Positions 1-8,343 of a DNA stretch of 51,316 nucleotides are shown one piece after another; position 1 is the first letter of the stretch, and each line of letters starts with the position of its first letter. A program made the position numbers and the translations under genes. The notes beneath the pieces were generated by a model. That model worked only from the letters and a program-made list of their open reading frames with translations. It had not been told where the DNA came from and did not search any database. The stretch is from Clostridiales bacterium (GTDB lineage: Bacteria; Bacillota; Clostridia; Oscillospirales; Acutalibacteraceae), in the NCBI GenBank assembly GCA_022791355.1, contig JAAVYX010000089.1, positions 1 to 51,316 of the forward strand. Reading direction: 5' to 3'.

Positions 1-211
1 CTTATGTGTAGAATATGACGGCAATTCCGATTTTTCAAACTGCCCCTAATCAAAAAAGGAAAAAACACCAAGCACAAAACAGCCAAATCAAAAAAGAGAA
101 AAATAGGTGTGATTTAATATCACAAAAAAGCCCCGGTCATGCCGCCCCCCCTCCCCGCATATAAATAAAAAAACAAAAATCATCCTGCTTAAAGGGAAAG
201 AAGGCGGTAAA

Positions 212-1321
212 ATGACCATCTGTATTCGGGGCAAGCGTCTGGTCATGGCGGCTGTGGCGCTGGTGGTCTGCGCCGCAGTAGCGGCGGGGGGCTGTCTTCT
301 GCACGGGGCCCTGGCCGAGGAGAAGGAGCGGCAGGAGAAGTCCTTTATCAAATGGGTGGATTTCAACGTCCCCTACGATATGCTGGAAAAGGCTCTGAAG
401 CTGGATCTAGACTCCCACCAAAAGGACGAGGCGGTCAAGCTGAACTGGGTGGAGCTGTTGGCCTACACCGCCACCCGCAGCGGCGGCAACTGGTCGGGAG
501 TTAAGACGGCCAAGCTGGAGGAGCTGGCCGCCCTGCTCCGGCAGGGCAAGACCATGGAGGAGTTAACGGCCAACCTCAAGCACTACTCTTATTTTTTGGA
601 GGCCTACACCGCCGTGCTGGGCGGACTGGTGGGCAATTACGAGGTGCAGGTGAAGGCCGAGGGCAGCGAGGAAATGCGGTGGGAGAGCCGGTACGGCCTC
701 ATGGCCTTTTCCCCCATCGCCAAGAACTATCCCTACAACGACTACGACGACTTCGGCAACAGCCGGGACTACGGCTTCAAACGCAAGCATCTGGGCCACG
801 ACCTCATGGGCGCAACCGGCACCCCCATCATAGCGGTGGAGGGGGGCGTGGTGGAGGCCCTGGGCTGGAACCAGTACGGCGGCTGGCGTATCGGCGTCCG
901 CAGCTTCGACCAGAAGCGGTATTACTACTACGCCCATCTGCGTCAAAACTTCCCTTACAACAAGGCCCTGCGGGTGGGGTCGGTGGTGCTGCCAGGAGAC
1001 GTGATCGGATATCTGGGCCATACCGGCTACAGCGCCAACGAAAACGTCAACAACATCCGCCAGCCCCATCTCCATTTTGGAATACAGCTGATCTTCGACG
1101 AGTCCCAGAAGGAGGGCAACAACGAAATATGGATCGACTGTTATCAGCTGGTCAGGCTGCTGCGGCGGCATCAGTCCGAGGTGGTCAAGGACAGGGAAAC
1201 CAAGGAGTACAGCCGAGTATACGATATCCGGCCGGCGGGGCAGCCCCAGCGGTCCAACCCGGAAAACGTCCCCGACCCTCTGGCCGAGGACCCCGGAGAG
1301 TCGGCCTCCTCCGAAGAGTAA
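212..1321 (+). CDS. M23-family (LytM-type) peptidoglycan metalloendopeptidase with an N-terminal membrane anchor or signal sequence
   Basis: 369-aa ORF. Hydrophobic N-terminus MAAVALVVCAAVAAGG. M23 zinc motifs HLGHDL (HxxxD) and HLHFG (HxH). A hairpin follows directly downstream. Confidence 0.8.
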   Translation: MTICIRGKRLVMAAVALVVCAAVAAGGCLLHGALAEEKERQEKSFIKWVDFNVPYDMLEKALKLDLDSHQKDEAVKLNWVELLAYTATRSGGNWSGVKTAKLEELAALLRQGKTMEELTANLKHYSYFLEAYTAVLGGLVGNYEVQVKAEGSEEMRWESRYGLMAFSPIAKNYPYNDYDDFGNSRDYGFKRKHLGHDLMGATGTPIIAVEGGVVEALGWNQYGGWRIGVRSFDQKRYYYYAHLRQNFPYNKALRVGSVVLPGDVIGYLGHTGYSANENVNNIRQPHLHFGIQLIFDESQKEGNNEIWIDCYQLVRLLRRHQSEVVKDRETKEYSRVYDIRPAGQPQRSNPENVPDPLAEDPGESASSEE

Positions 1322-1330
1322 AGAAAAAAG

Positions 1331-1364
1331 AACGCCGCTGGCTGCAAACCGGCGGCGTTGGACT
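1331..1364 (+). terminator. GC-rich hairpin after the M23 gene; copy A of a duplicated 34-nt module
   Basis: ACGCCGCTGG / CCGGCGGCGT stem with one G-U pair, located 10 nt after the stop codon. There is no clear U-tract. Confidence 0.45.
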
Positions 1365-1523
1365 GTCGAAAAGGGATCGCGCAGGCTTTCCAATGCCACA
1401 ACTGACGACACATGCCTAGCGACCATGCGTCGGTTGTGGCAACGGCAAATCCCATAATCATGGGATTTGTCGGGGGGAGCTGGAAGGGGGAGCTGACCCC
1501 CTTCCAGAGCTTGTTGTCAAGCG

Positions 1524-1560
1524 CACGCCGCCGGCCGCAAACCGGCGGCGTTCGACTTTT
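1524..1560 (+). terminator. Rho-independent-terminator-like hairpin; copy B of the 34-nt module
   Basis: 10-bp stem ACGCCGCCGG / CCGGCGGCGT with loop CCGCAAA, followed by TCGACTTTT. About 30 of 34 nt are identical to 1331-1364. Confidence 0.5.
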
Positions 1561-1565
1561 CAGGC

Positions 1566-1594
1566 TTGCTTGCGCCGTTTTCAAGCAGTATAAT
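1566..1594 (+). promoter_or_regulatory. Sigma-A-type promoter candidate for the dockerin-protein gene
   Basis: TTGCTT-N17-TATAAT read directly, about 155 nt upstream of the ATG at 1751. Confidence 0.5.
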
Positions 1595-1711
1595 ATTCGC
1601 AGACGGCCGTAATACCGGCGAGCGGTCCCCGATGCCAAGCCCTATCCTGCGGTCTGCCCTTCCGGCGGCGCGGGCGAATAAGTCTTGGGGCCGGAAAGAG
1701 AAAAAAGAAGC

Positions 1712-1735
1712 AAAACGCGCGGCTGGGCGCGTTTT
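1712..1735 (+). promoter_or_regulatory. Leader hairpin abutting the ribosome-binding site; possible attenuator or RBS-sequestering element
   Basis: AAAACGCGC-GGCTGG-GCGCGTTTT, a 9-bp stem ending in TTTT, immediately followed by AAGGAGGA and the ATG at 1751. Confidence 0.35.
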
Positions 1736-1750
1736 AAGGAGGATGCAGGA

Positions 1751-4700
1751 ATGAAAAGATTTTTGATCGGCCTGTGGATTGGGGCTCTTTTGCTGTCCTT
1801 TGCGGCGGTTCCGCTCAATGCGGCGGCCCTGGAGGGCGGCGCGTTGGCTGCGGATCCGGCCGGCGAGGGCTTCACCGGCACGAAAAACACCGCCGCTTGG
1901 AAGCCCGAAGCGGGAGTCGATTACGAAAAGTATGACTTTTTAGGCAGAGGCGAGGAGCTTTTAAAAGAGGTGCAGGCGGCCTATCCGGACTATACGGTCG
2001 CCTATCGTCTGGACGGGCAGGCTGCCAACGCCGATACGCTGAACCGGATGGTAAATGTGATGGCCGTCTACAAGGACGCGGACCCTGCCGCCAAAATCCT
2101 GACGGTGGAGGCCGACTCTATTACGATACGGCTGCAATGCGAGTATACCGACCTGAGAGGAAGCGCGGGCAGCTTTATGTCGGTCAGCTTTACCACCAAT
2201 CTGCCTTCGATATTTCTTGCGAGTATCAGCGCGGACCCGAATGACCGTAACGGAGAGATCCGCCAGGATAATATTCGGCCGACGGGCGAAAAGGGGACCT
2301 ATACGGCCAAGGTCAAGCTGACCATCCCCTATGTGCAGGCCGGCCGGTACTACCTGAATTTCTTTAACGACAGCTGGAACGCGGGCTATCCCCACCTGCT
2401 CAGCGTCCCCCTCGACATAACCGAGGGCGCTCATTCCGACAGTCCCTATCATCTGCTCTACGCGGGGGACTGGGATATGATTACGGCCGAGGGGTATCAG
2501 GAAAGCCTGACCCAGCTCTTTTATAACAGCTATCCCAGACTGTACGCCCGCTTCGGCCTGGGCAGCGAACCGAAAACCATCACCTTTACAGCCGACAAGG
2601 CGTATGACGGCGTGGCCTACAATCTAGGGCAGAATATCGTCGTTTCGGTGGACTACGCCAACAGGAATCCGCGGGACATCGGTTTTTTCTCCCACGAGAT
2701 CACCCATGCGGTGCAGCAGTACAGCAAGATGAGCTATGACGGCGACCATCCCGACGAGGGGCTTTGGTGGATTGAGAATATGGCCAACTACGGCGGCTTC
2801 CGCTATTTCCATTGGTCGGACGCCGACTATGTGCAGATCTATCGGGCCGACGATCCCTCTCTCCAGGACTGGGGCTATCAGGCTTATGGCAATAACAAAT
2901 GGTTTTTCGCCTATATGGACGCCAAATATCCCACCGTAAAGAATGCGGACGGCACACTGAAATACGGGCTGATCGATTCCATCAACCGGCTGATTAAGAC
3001 CTATGCCGGAAGCGATCAGCTCAGCGCCAATCCCAAAAATCCCGATACGCCCTTCAGTAAAATCGTCAAGGATATCACCGGCTACGACTGCATAGAAAGC
3101 CTGCGGCTGCATTACGTCGAGGAGTTGAAAAGCGGCAGCTGGAGCTTTACGGGCTTTGGAGATTACGCCGACAATTTTATCACCGAGGACCTGCCCGGCG
3201 TGCCCAACCCCGATTATCCCGCGGTAACCGCCAAGCAGCCGGGCGGCAAAACGGCTCAAAAACTCGGCGAGGTGGTGACCGGCGAGGGCAACCTCTGTCT
3301 GGACGGGTCGATTCACAGGTTTTCCGGGCAGACGAACAGCGGCGAGGGGGCCGCGCTGCTCATCGACGGAAACGAGAATACCAAATGGTGTTCCACAACC
3401 GGCGCGGTAAACGATCAGACCTACTGTCTGGACGGAACCCGGCAATGGGTGATTATTGATCTGGGCGGATGGAAAAGCTTCGACACTTATACGATTTTCA
3501 ATACCCACTCAAAGGAAGGCTTCGGAAACATGACCGAGTGGGAACTGCTCACGTCGGACGACGGGAAGAGCTGGACGTCGGTGGATTATCAGCCCGCCTG
3601 TAACGAGGCCAAGGCCTCTTTTGACATAGGCAAGCAAAGCGGCCGTTACCTGTTGCTCAAAGCCTATAATCCCGACGACGGGGGCCCGGGTACGATTCGG
3701 CTGTATGAATTCCAGCTGTTTAATCGGAGCAATCAACCGGACCCGGTAGAGCCCGCGGTGAGCGAACAGGCCGAGCGAATCGAGCGGAAAATCGCCGCCA
3801 TCGGCAAGGCGGACTATTCCGTAGCCTGCGGCGAACGCATCCAGACGGCCCGCGCGGCTTACGACGCGGCTGCCGCCGAGGTGCAAGGTATGGTTTCCAA
3901 TCTGGCCGTCCTGGAGCAGGCCGAGGCCGCCTACGCCGCCTTCTTTGAGGGCGTCCGCAAGGTGGAAAACGGGAACGAGATCACGCCTATCGCCGGTCCC
4001 GGCGATGGAGACGAGAAGTTCGACAATATGTTCGACGGAAAGCTGGACACCAAGTTCGGCGCCTGGGACCCTGGCGATCCCATCCTCTTCTCGGCAGACA
4101 AACCCATTGCCGTCAAGTATTACGCCTTCACCACCGGCGCCGACAGCGGCCAGTGGCCGGGCCGCAATCCCAAAAACTGGACCCTGTACGGCTGCAACGA
4201 TTACACGCCCGAACGCGACGGCGACTGGAAGGTTATCGACGCTGTGGAGGGCAACGGCGACCTGCCCGATGCCAACTGCGTGGAGGTGCGCTTTGCCGTG
4301 GACGCTCCCGCCGCTTACCGCTTTTACAAGCTGGTGTTCCGCAATCACCCCACTTGGCTTCAGCTCTCTGAGGTCGGTTTGTACGCGCTGGACGCGGCGG
4401 TTGAGCTGGCCGATTACGCGGCGGTGGACGCGGCCCTCGCCAAGATTCCCAAGGACCTGTCGGTTTACACCGACGCTTCCGCAGCGGCCTTGCAAAGCGC
4501 CGTAAACGCAGTTGTTCGGGAGCTGCCCATCACCGAGCAGACGACGGTGGACGGTTACGCGGAGGCTATTCAGCGGGCTGTCGCCAAGCTAGCCTACAAG
4601 GACGCCGACTATCAGAAGGTCAACGACGCCATCAAAAGGGCCGAGGCGCTGGACCAGTCCCTATATAAGGACTTCTCGGCCGTAACCAAAGCGATTGCGG

Positions 4701-5203
4701 CCGTGGTTCGCGGAAAGAACATTACCGAGCAGGCCGCGGTAGACGCTATGGCCAAGGCCATTGAGGAAGCCGTGGGCAAGCTGGAGTTTAAACCGGCCGA
4801 TTACGCGGCGGTGGACGCGGCCATTGCCAAGGTCCCCGCCGACCTATCCGGTTACACCGACGCTTCCGCAGCGGCCTTGCAAAGCGCCGTAAACGCAGTT
4901 GTTCGGGAGCTGCCCATCACCGAGCAGGCCGATGTGGACGCTATGGCCAAAGCGATTGAGGAGGCTGTCGCCGGCCTTCAGAAAAAGTCTGACAGCCCCG
5001 GCGAAACCGTCCCAGGCGATATGAATAAGGACGGCAAGATTACGATTCAGGACGTGATGGAGGCCTGTAAGGCGCTGGCCCGTCAGTCGGCCGGCAAAGC
5101 CCCTACCGCGGATGAGATGAAGCGGGGCGATCTGGACGGCGACGATAAATTGACCATCGCCGACGTTATGGAAATCTGTAAGCTCCTGGCTCGCCAGGCA
5201 TAA
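1751..5203 (+). CDS. Secreted multidomain surface protein: signal peptide, BSP-like HExxH peptidase domain, two discoidin/F5-8 type C-like modules, helical FIVAR-like repeats, and a C-terminal type I dockerin
   Basis: Start chosen at MKRFLIGLWIGALLLSFAAVPLNAAA, preceded by AAGGAGGA. HEITHAVQQ lies in an FYNSYPRLY...WWIENMANYGGFRYFHW context. A LIDGNENTKWCS...YEFQLF discoidin-like block is present, followed by a second FDGKLDTKF...LSEVGLY block. Two dockerin calcium-loop repeats are present: GDMNKDGKITIQDVMEA and GDLDGDDKLTIADVMEI. Confidence 0.75.
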   Translation: MKRFLIGLWIGALLLSFAAVPLNAAALEGGALAADPAGEGFTGTKNTAAWKPEAGVDYEKYDFLGRGEELLKEVQAAYPDYTVAYRLDGQAANADTLNRMVNVMAVYKDADPAAKILTVEADSITIRLQCEYTDLRGSAGSFMSVSFTTNLPSIFLASISADPNDRNGEIRQDNIRPTGEKGTYTAKVKLTIPYVQAGRYYLNFFNDSWNAGYPHLLSVPLDITEGAHSDSPYHLLYAGDWDMITAEGYQESLTQLFYNSYPRLYARFGLGSEPKTITFTADKAYDGVAYNLGQNIVVSVDYANRNPRDIGFFSHEITHAVQQYSKMSYDGDHPDEGLWWIENMANYGGFRYFHWSDADYVQIYRADDPSLQDWGYQAYGNNKWFFAYMDAKYPTVKNADGTLKYGLIDSINRLIKTYAGSDQLSANPKNPDTPFSKIVKDITGYDCIESLRLHYVEELKSGSWSFTGFGDYADNFITEDLPGVPNPDYPAVTAKQPGGKTAQKLGEVVTGEGNLCLDGSIHRFSGQTNSGEGAALLIDGNENTKWCSTTGAVNDQTYCLDGTRQWVIIDLGGWKSFDTYTIFNTHSKEGFGNMTEWELLTSDDGKSWTSVDYQPACNEAKASFDIGKQSGRYLLLKAYNPDDGGPGTIRLYEFQLFNRSNQPDPVEPAVSEQAERIERKIAAIGKADYSVACGERIQTARAAYDAAAAEVQGMVSNLAVLEQAEAAYAAFFEGVRKVENGNEITPIAGPGDGDEKFDNMFDGKLDTKFGAWDPGDPILFSADKPIAVKYYAFTTGADSGQWPGRNPKNWTLYGCNDYTPERDGDWKVIDAVEGNGDLPDANCVEVRFAVDAPAAYRFYKLVFRNHPTWLQLSEVGLYALDAAVELADYAAVDAALAKIPKDLSVYTDASAAALQSAVNAVVRELPITEQTTVDGYAEAIQRAVAKLAYKDADYQKVNDAIKRAEALDQSLYKDFSAVTKAIAAVVRGKNITEQAAVDAMAKAIEEAVGKLEFKPADYAAVDAAIAKVPADLSGYTDASAAALQSAVNAVVRELPITEQADVDAMAKAIEEAVAGLQKKSDSPGETVPGDMNKDGKITIQDVMEACKALARQSAGKAPTADEMKRGDLDGDDKLTIADVMEICKLLARQA
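4409..4927 (+). repeat. In-gene direct repeat: two near-identical ~132-nt copies (4409-4540 and 4796-4927) with a 387-nt period
   Basis: Both copies encode ADYAAVDAA(L/I)AK(I/V)P.DLS.YTDASAAALQSAVNAVVRELPITEQ. The last ~85 nt are identical at the nucleotide level. Confidence 0.9.
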
Positions 5204-5236
5204 TTTCTTCCCTGCGCATCATAGCTTTTATAGAGA

Positions 5237-5280
5237 GGCTGGCAGCGGGCGATTGGAACGTTCCTCTGTCAGCCCCTTTT
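5237..5280 (+). terminator. Candidate terminator of the dockerin-protein gene
   Basis: GGCTGGCAG ... CTGTCAGCC stem (9 bp, one G-U) followed by CCTTTT. The loop is long, at 20 nt. Confidence 0.4.
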
Positions 5281-5492
5281 GCCAGCCCTATAACCCAAAG
5301 GCCTTTCCGCCCCCCCTCGCTTGCATAAGAATCTGCTTAGCGGCAAAATATCCAATATTCTGATTTTCAAACAAGGCATCATTCTTGCGGGCGGCTGTCG
5401 TGTGACAAGAAAATGGCGCCCAAATCGGCCCCAAAATCCCGCCTGGACGGCATGCTGCCGCCGCGCATACTGGTTCTAAGTAAAGGCAAGGC

Positions 5493-6764
5493 TTAAATCT
5501 CCGTAATTCCCCCTACCAGAATGCCTAAATTATCCCGATAAATCTGGTCGAACTGGGACAGGGGCAGGGGGCATACGCCGCGTCCGGCTTCAACGGTGTA
5601 GCCCGGGCGGTTGTAGGCCTGTATAAACCAGTCCTTGTATCCTGCGAAGCCGGAGGCGTAGGGAGTCTGCTCTACGGCGTAGCCGCTGACCCGTCCGAAA
5701 TATTCGGCGATGGAACGGGAGCCGGACGGCTCATAGTCGAGATACTTCCAGTAGATTACCTGGCCCTGGGTGTGGTAGGCCAGGATTAGGGAAAAGTTCC
5801 GATGGACGGTGAAACGCTGAAGGGCTTGGCTTTCGGGGGCGGACAGGGGAGCGGGGCCCACATAGTCTCTGGGGCCGGGGCGGGTGTACCCCTGGGCGAA
5901 CTTAATCTGCTTGGCCTGCTCCCAGCCCGCCGGGAATTGCAGGTTCAGATCCACCCCGCTGATGTTGGCCTTCCAGCCGCTGGGAAAGGGAATGTCGGGG
6001 TAATCCGCCGCCATGGTCTTGGCTTGGTCGTAGAAGCCGCCGCTGTCCAACACGCCGTTTACCAGGTCGACCCCGTCCGGGTTGGCCATGGGAACCATAA
6101 AGAGGGTAGCCTTATCGTACAGCGCGGCGGCAGGCGTACCGCCGATGCTGCCGCCGGCGGCGTAGGCTGCGGCGTATTCCTCCAGAAAACGGAGGAGCAG
6201 GGGCGTGGTGATCCACTCGTTGGCGTGGATGGCGGCATTGTAAAAGACCTGGACCGATCCCCGGCCCATTTGCAGATAGGGAATGGGCCGGCCCATGACG
6301 CTGCCGCCGATGCTCCCGCGGGCGATAAAGGGGTAACGGGCCGTCATGCCCTCGACAATGTACTGGATGAGCTGGGAAGAGTACCGCACCCCGGTAGGGA
6401 CCAACGGGAAGCCTAAGGGTATGGTCACGGCCGTTCCCGCGGGCAGGGGTTCCCCAGTGAGGGAAGGATTGGCGGTTTGGATGGCTGCGGCGGCGGTATT
6501 GTGCTGTTGGGCCAGGCTGGCGACAGTGTCGTCGGCGCCGGCTGTGCGGCGCAGGTAGCCCCGCAGGTAGCCGGCCAGCCGTCCCCAGGTCGCCGGGCCG
6601 GCCACGCCGTCGGGGTCCAGCCCCTGGGCCTGCTGGAACCGGCGCAGCGCGCCGTCGGCAGCCGGGCCCAAGACGCCGTCTATGGGGCCGGGATCATACC
6701 CCGCCCGCTGTAAAGCCAGCTGGATATACTCCACCCGCGCGCCTTTGGAATCGAGCTTTTCCAT
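5493..6764 (-). CDS. Peptidoglycan-binding domain plus M14 zinc carboxypeptidase (gamma-D-glutamyl-meso-diaminopimelate peptidase-like)
   Basis: 423-aa ORF. The N-terminus matches a PG_binding_1-like pattern: IQLALQRAGYDPGPIDGVLGPAADGALRRFQQAQGLDPDGVAGPATW. The M14 HxxE zinc motif HANEWITT is present. Confidence 0.75.
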   Translation of the reverse strand: MEKLDSKGARVEYIQLALQRAGYDPGPIDGVLGPAADGALRRFQQAQGLDPDGVAGPATWGRLAGYLRGYLRRTAGADDTVASLAQQHNTAAAAIQTANPSLTGEPLPAGTAVTIPLGFPLVPTGVRYSSQLIQYIVEGMTARYPFIARGSIGGSVMGRPIPYLQMGRGSVQVFYNAAIHANEWITTPLLLRFLEEYAAAYAAGGSIGGTPAAALYDKATLFMVPMANPDGVDLVNGVLDSGGFYDQAKTMAADYPDIPFPSGWKANISGVDLNLQFPAGWEQAKQIKFAQGYTRPGPRDYVGPAPLSAPESQALQRFTVHRNFSLILAYHTQGQVIYWKYLDYEPSGSRSIAEYFGRVSGYAVEQTPYASGFAGYKDWFIQAYNRPGYTVEAGRGVCPLPLSQFDQIYRDNLGILVGGITEI

Positions 6765-6973
6765 GAAATGCGTCCCCCTTACAGCCTCGGTGCTTTTCTT
6801 TTATTCTATGCCGTCCGGCGGTGCGCGGTGCGGCGGATGGCTGGCGGGACGGAGCTTTTTTCACGGAAATTCCGAAAAGAAAAATTGTGGGAAGTATAAA
6901 TTTTTTCAAAATTTTTTTTGCGCTTTTGCCACATTTTGGAGAAAAAATTTTTATATATTTTATAGATATGCGG

Positions 6974-7002
6974 TTGCAATTTATCGAAAGACAAAGTATA
7001 AT
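6974..7002 (+). promoter_or_regulatory. Sigma-A-type promoter of the fla/che operon
   Basis: TTGCAA-N17-TATAAT in an AT-rich region, about 155 nt upstream of flgB. Confidence 0.6.
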
Positions 7003-7108
7003 CACATTATACATGTATAGTCCGGTATTTGGCGGTTTTTTGGCCTGTAAGGTGGTTTATTTGAAATGTTTCGCCTTCTCGGACTAGGAAGAATCGTTTG
7101 GAAAAGGG

Positions 7109-7140
7109 GATTTTGTAGGACCCGATACAAAATCGCCGTT
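7109..7140 (+). promoter_or_regulatory. Terminator-like hairpin in the flgB leader
   Basis: GATTTTGTA-GGACCCGA-TACAAAATC (9-bp stem) followed by GCCGTTTT, about 20 nt before the flgB RBS. Confidence 0.35.
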
Positions 7141-7160
7141 TTGACATGCAAAGGAAAGGG

Positions 7161-7559
7161 ATGATTGCCATGATGGACTTTTTATCGAATAACTCTTTGC
7201 TTTTAATGGAAAAATCGATGGACTTTTTGTGGACCAAGCAGGCGGCTATCTCCGATAACATCGCCAATGTGGAAACGCCGAACTATAAGCCCAAGGTCGT
7301 GACCTTTGAGGAAACCGTTCGCGCCCGGTTGAAGGACGCTTTCAACTCCAAAACCTCGAGCAGCCAGCTGCGTAATATCTTGAACGGTTCGAGTTTTGCG
7401 GTGGTGGAGCCCCAGGAGGTCACCCGTATGGACGACAACGGCGTCAACGCCACCGAGCAGATGGTCGAGCTGGTCCGCAACGCTTACCAGATTCAATATG
7501 TGATGGAATCGATTTCCAGAGATTTATCCGTGATGCAGTCGGTTGTGCGCGGACAGTAA
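7161..7559 (+). CDS. flgB: Flagellar basal-body rod protein FlgB
   Basis: DFLWTKQAAISDNIANVETPNYKPK matches the rod N-terminal motif. Start chosen after RBS AAGGAAAGG; the ORF track starts at 7146. First gene of the operon. Confidence 0.9.
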   Translation: MIAMMDFLSNNSLLLMEKSMDFLWTKQAAISDNIANVETPNYKPKVVTFEETVRARLKDAFNSKTSSSQLRNILNGSSFAVVEPQEVTRMDDNGVNATEQMVELVRNAYQIQYVMESISRDLSVMQSVVRGQ

Positions 7560-7658
7560 AATCATGATTTGCCGTGCAAAGCAAAATTTTTGTGAGGCCC
7601 TCGATGGGCCGAACGAAAGTCATACATACGCGGAACATATAAATAAGGTGGGTGCAGA

Positions 7659-8123
7659 ATGGCTTTTTTGAATACGATGAGCATTGTGGGGTCCGGCCTG
7701 ACGGCGCAGCAGCTGCGCTTGGACGTCATTTCGGAAAACGTTACGAATTCAACCACGACCCGGACCGAAAACGGCGGGGAAACCTATCGCCGTAAGGTCG
7801 TATACTTTGAGTCCAACTCGGGGGCACATTCCTTCCGGGCGGCCATGGCCCGAGCGGCCAGAGGGCTGCCGGTGAGCAAGGAGGGCGAGCAGGTCGGCGG
7901 CGTTCGGGTCACCCAGATTTTGGAGGACCCATCCGACTTTAAGCTGATGTATGATCCCACCCATCCGGATGCGGACGAGGAGGGCTACGTTTCCCTGCCG
8001 AACGTGGATATGGTCAAGGAGATTACCGACGCTATGGCGGCCTCTCAAGCCTATTCTTCTAATGTAACAGTGTTTAATACGATTAAAACCGTCGCCTTAA
8101 GAGGCCTTGATCTGGGCAAATAA
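7659..8123 (+). CDS. flgC: Flagellar basal-body rod protein FlgC
   Basis: MAFLNTMSIVGSGLTAQQLRLDVISENVTNSTTTRT, and C-terminal AMAASQAYSSNVTVFNTIK. Confidence 0.93.
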   Translation: MAFLNTMSIVGSGLTAQQLRLDVISENVTNSTTTRTENGGETYRRKVVYFESNSGAHSFRAAMARAARGLPVSKEGEQVGGVRVTQILEDPSDFKLMYDPTHPDADEEGYVSLPNVDMVKEITDAMAASQAYSSNVTVFNTIKTVALRGLDLGK

Positions 8124-8343
8124 TTTTTGCGCCCGGCGGTCGGCCGCGTAGTTTTATATTTGTATCATATTTTCCCGCGAAATTTCATTTCTTTAATAGG
8201 GACGATTGGTTGCGGAAAAGCAGGCTCAAGTTCAATCGGTTAAGGGTGAAGCTGTTTCATCCTTTCTTCTTTGTTTTCAGGAAAACATGGGCGGACGGCT
8301 TGCGTCCGCAGCCGAATTTGCAGCTTTTAAGGAGGAGCACAGT

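Noticed and set aside
1412-1890. Small ORFs in the 1322-1750 intergenic region: 1412-1612, 1566-1754, 1171-1638 (-) and 1642-1890 (-).
   Set aside because: They run through hairpin/terminator repeats and a promoter, have Arg/Pro/Ala-rich compositions, and lack RBSs.
563-4495. Long minus-strand and alternate-frame ORFs overlapping the M23 and dockerin-protein genes: 563-1426, 679-1419, 1961-2452, 2624-3508 and 3509-4495.
   Set aside because: They are typical shadow ORFs of GC-rich coding DNA. They have Arg/Gly/Pro/His-rich compositions, no RBS, and lie fully inside genes with clear domain signatures on the + strand.
7003-7160. c-di-GMP class I (GEMM) riboswitch in the flgB leader, by analogy with C. 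difficile.
   Set aside because: I could not find the conserved GEMM-I elements (GCACAGGGCAAACC-like and GGGACGCAAAGCC-like segments) or c-di-GMP-II signatures. Only a generic hairpin is reported.
6682-7267. Small ORFs in the AT-rich region upstream of flgB: 6682-7020, 6694-7014, 6806-6994, 6821-7087 and 7007-7267.
   Set aside because: They overlap one another in a promoter/leader region and have Lys/Phe/Ile-rich, low-complexity products with no RBS. These are consistent with random ORFs in AT-rich DNA.
8206-8343. ORF-track N-terminal extension of FliE, starting at 8206.
   Set aside because: The extension has no RBS and an atypical sequence. The ATG at 8344 has a perfect AAGGAGGA and yields a FliE of canonical ~100-aa size.
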